From Mobula hypostoma (taxonomy: Eukaryota), in the NCBI RefSeq assembly GCF_963921235.1, contig NC_086097.1:233308001-233372000 (forward strand): a stretch of 64,000 nucleotides of DNA, read 5' to 3'. The notes under the pieces are model-generated. The model saw only the letters and a program-made list of their open reading frames with translations. It searched no databases and had not been told where the DNA came from. Positions 61,780 to 64,000 of this stretch are shown in pieces (positions within the stretch are counted from its first letter, which is position 1; each line of letters begins with the position of its first letter). The position numbers and the translations under genes are program-made.

Positions 61780-63202
61780 AGGGAATTATAGACCGGTTAG
61801 CCTAACGTCGGTGGTGGGGAAACTGCTGGAGTCAGTTATCAAAGATGTGATAACAGCACATTTGGAAAGCGGTGAAATCATCGGACAAAGTCAGCATGGA
61901 TTTGTGAAAGGAAAATCATGTCTGACGAATCTCATAGAATTTTTTGAGGATGTAACTAGTAGAGTGGATAGGGGAGAACCAGTGGATGTGGTATATTTGG
62001 ATTTTCAAAAGGCTTTTGACAAGGTCCCACACAGGAGATTAGTGTGCAAACTTAAAGCGCACGGTATTGGGGGTAAGGTATTGATGTGGATAGAGAATTG
62101 GTTGGCAGACAGGAAGCAAAGAGTGGGAATAAACGGGACCTTTTCAGAATGGCAGGCGGTGACTAGTGGGGTACCGCAAGGCTCAGTGCTGGGACCCCAG
62201 TTGTTTACAATATATATTAATGACTTGGATGAGGGAATTAAATGCAGCATCTCCAAGTTTGCGGATGGCACGAAGCTGGGCGGCAGTGTTAGCTGTGAGG
62301 AGGATGCTAAGAGGATGCAGGGTGACGTGGGTAGGTTGGGTGAGTGGGCAAATTCATAGCAGAGGCAATTTAATGTGGATAAATGTGAAGTTATCCACTT
62401 TGGTGGCAAAAATAGGAAAACAGATTATTATCTGAATGGTGGCCGATTAGGAAAAGGGGAGGTGCAACGAGACCTGGATGTCATTATACACCAGTCATTG
62501 AAAGTGGGCATGCAGGTACAGCAGGCGGTGAAAAAGGCGAATGGTATGTTGGCATTTATAGCGAGAGGATTCGAGTACAGGAGCAGGGAGGTACTACTGC
62601 AGTTGTACAAGGCCTTGATGAGACCACACCTGGAGTATTTTGTGCAGTTTTGGTCCCCTAATCTGAGGAAAGACATCCTTGCCATAGAGGGAGTACAAAG
62701 AAGGTTCACCAGATTGATTCCTGGGATGGCAGGACTTTCATATGAAGAAAGACTGGATGAACTAGGCTTGTACTCGTTGGAATTTAGAAGATTGAGGGGG
62801 GATTTGATTGAAACGTATAAGATCCTAGAGGGATTGGACAGGCTAGATGCAGGGAGATTGTTCCCGATGTTGGGGAAGTCCAGAACGAGTGGTCATAGTT
62901 TGAGGATAAGGGGGAAGCCTTTTAGGACCGAGATTAGGAAAAACTTCTTCACACAGAGAGTGGTGAATCTGTGGAATTCTCTGCCACAGGAAACAGTTGA
63001 GGCCAGTTCATTGGCTATATTTAAGAGGGAGTTAGATATGGCCCTTGTGGCTAAAGGGATCAGGGGGTATGGAGGGAAGGCTGGTGCAGGGTTCTGAGTT
63101 GGATGATCAGCCATGATCATAATAAATGGCGATGCAGGCTCGAAGGGCCGAATGGCCTACTCCTGCACCTATTTTCTATGTTTCTATGTTTCTATGTTTC
63201 TA
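61780..63202 (+). mobile_element. Young CR1 3' portion, sister of 56985-59002
   Basis: ORFs 61811-62359 and 62375-63097; (tttctatg)n tail; FADD mutated to FADG plus a premature stop. Confidence 0.95.
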
Positions 63203-63404
63203 TCTGGCTTAAATTTATTTTGGTTTTCTATTAAATCTTTGTTTGGCCATCAAGAGAATCAACATCTGATTGAAGAGTTTATTATTCAGATTATACGTGA
63301 GACTAGGTTATATTCGAGAATTTGAGTTCCTTGAAGTTCTATAATTAATTATACATCCTACGGAGGGCTGTAATACGCCTAGATGCATCTAAACAGCCGG
63401 AAAT

Positions 63405-63437
63405 AGAAGAAGAAGAAGAAGAAGAAGAAGAAGAAGA
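63405..63437 (+). repeat. (GAA)n microsatellite, the tail of the Nimb/I LINE
   Basis: Direct reading of the sequence. Confidence 0.9.
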
Positions 63438-64000
63438 GTCTTGGGTTTAGCTGCCCATTAGCTGAAACTCCTTGTTTTCACAAGGAGTTGCTCTGATTAA
63501 GATAATCCAGAGCAAGAATCAGTTCATCAAACAGCTCACAAAATGGCGGCTGCAGGGACATTCTCACAAAATGGCCACATCCATTCCTATTCACTGATTG
63601 TCATTCATTCTGGCCAACAGTTGGCCTTTAATATTCCATTGCTGAGACAGAAATAGGGTTGCACAGGTAGGTTCAAGAACCTGACGTTTATGAATAGTAT
63701 TTCCTGAACTTGGTGGTGTAGAACTGCAGATTCCTCTACTCTACTGTTGGTAGAGGTGAGAAGAGGACATAATGATTCAGAGAGTGGTAATCCTTGATGA
63801 TAGATGTCACCTTCTTGAGGCATGCTTTCACTGGAGGGTAGACAGCATAGACAATTACCTAAGGCAGGATTATTGACACTCATTTCACTTGCAACTTGTT
63901 TCAGAATAACTAGGGATAATTGACGCCTGTCTCCAAAGGTTATGTCTGAAAAACCCTTCTTCAAAAATCTTCACTTCCAACAAAAGTTAATTTTCTCTCG

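Larger units (their letters stand above)
61210..63437 (+). mobile_element. Nimb/I-clade LINE 3' part (RNase H, CCHC zinc knuckle, (GAA)n tail) split by a CR1
   Basis: IICSDSAAAL...FSWIPGH.VEGN (RNase H); TRHRLGH...CDCG..TVQHVLLSC; frame rejoins FKRL|SGLN...RETRLYSRI* at 63203; tail 63405-63437. Confidence 0.88.

Overview
Eukaryotic, repeat-dense, apparently non-coding DNA (intergenic or inside a very large intron). The repeat mix of CR1 LINEs, Rex1/Babar LINEs, V-SINE/HE1-like SINEs and Penelope remnants suggests a cartilaginous fish, possibly a ray; this is inference only. I found no host protein-coding gene I can support, and every long ORF is transposon-derived. Main content: many CR1 LINE copies (three with ORF1 esterase and much of ORF2, several young 5'-truncated copies), Rex1/Babar LINEs, a Nimb/I-clade LINE with RNase H split by a CR1, an L1/Tx1 3' end with a 13-bp TSD, Penelope-like remnants, Tc1-derived and hAT-derived miniature DNA elements, two solo-LTR-like elements with TSDs, a Gypsy gag/PBS relic, RTE-derived remnants and a tRNA-Pro half. 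The most interesting signals are: (1) dispersed minimal type I hammerhead ribozyme motifs in Penelope terminal repeats, with stem covariation; (2) a locus-specific inverted templated copy at about 45.3/46.3 kb; (3) a tandem, internally deleted Gypsy mini-element; (4) Tc1 derivatives with three TIRs; (5) sister CR1 copies sharing a substitution in a conserved motif. I cannot confirm a wholly new biological system. Boundaries of degraded elements are approximate (tens of bp).
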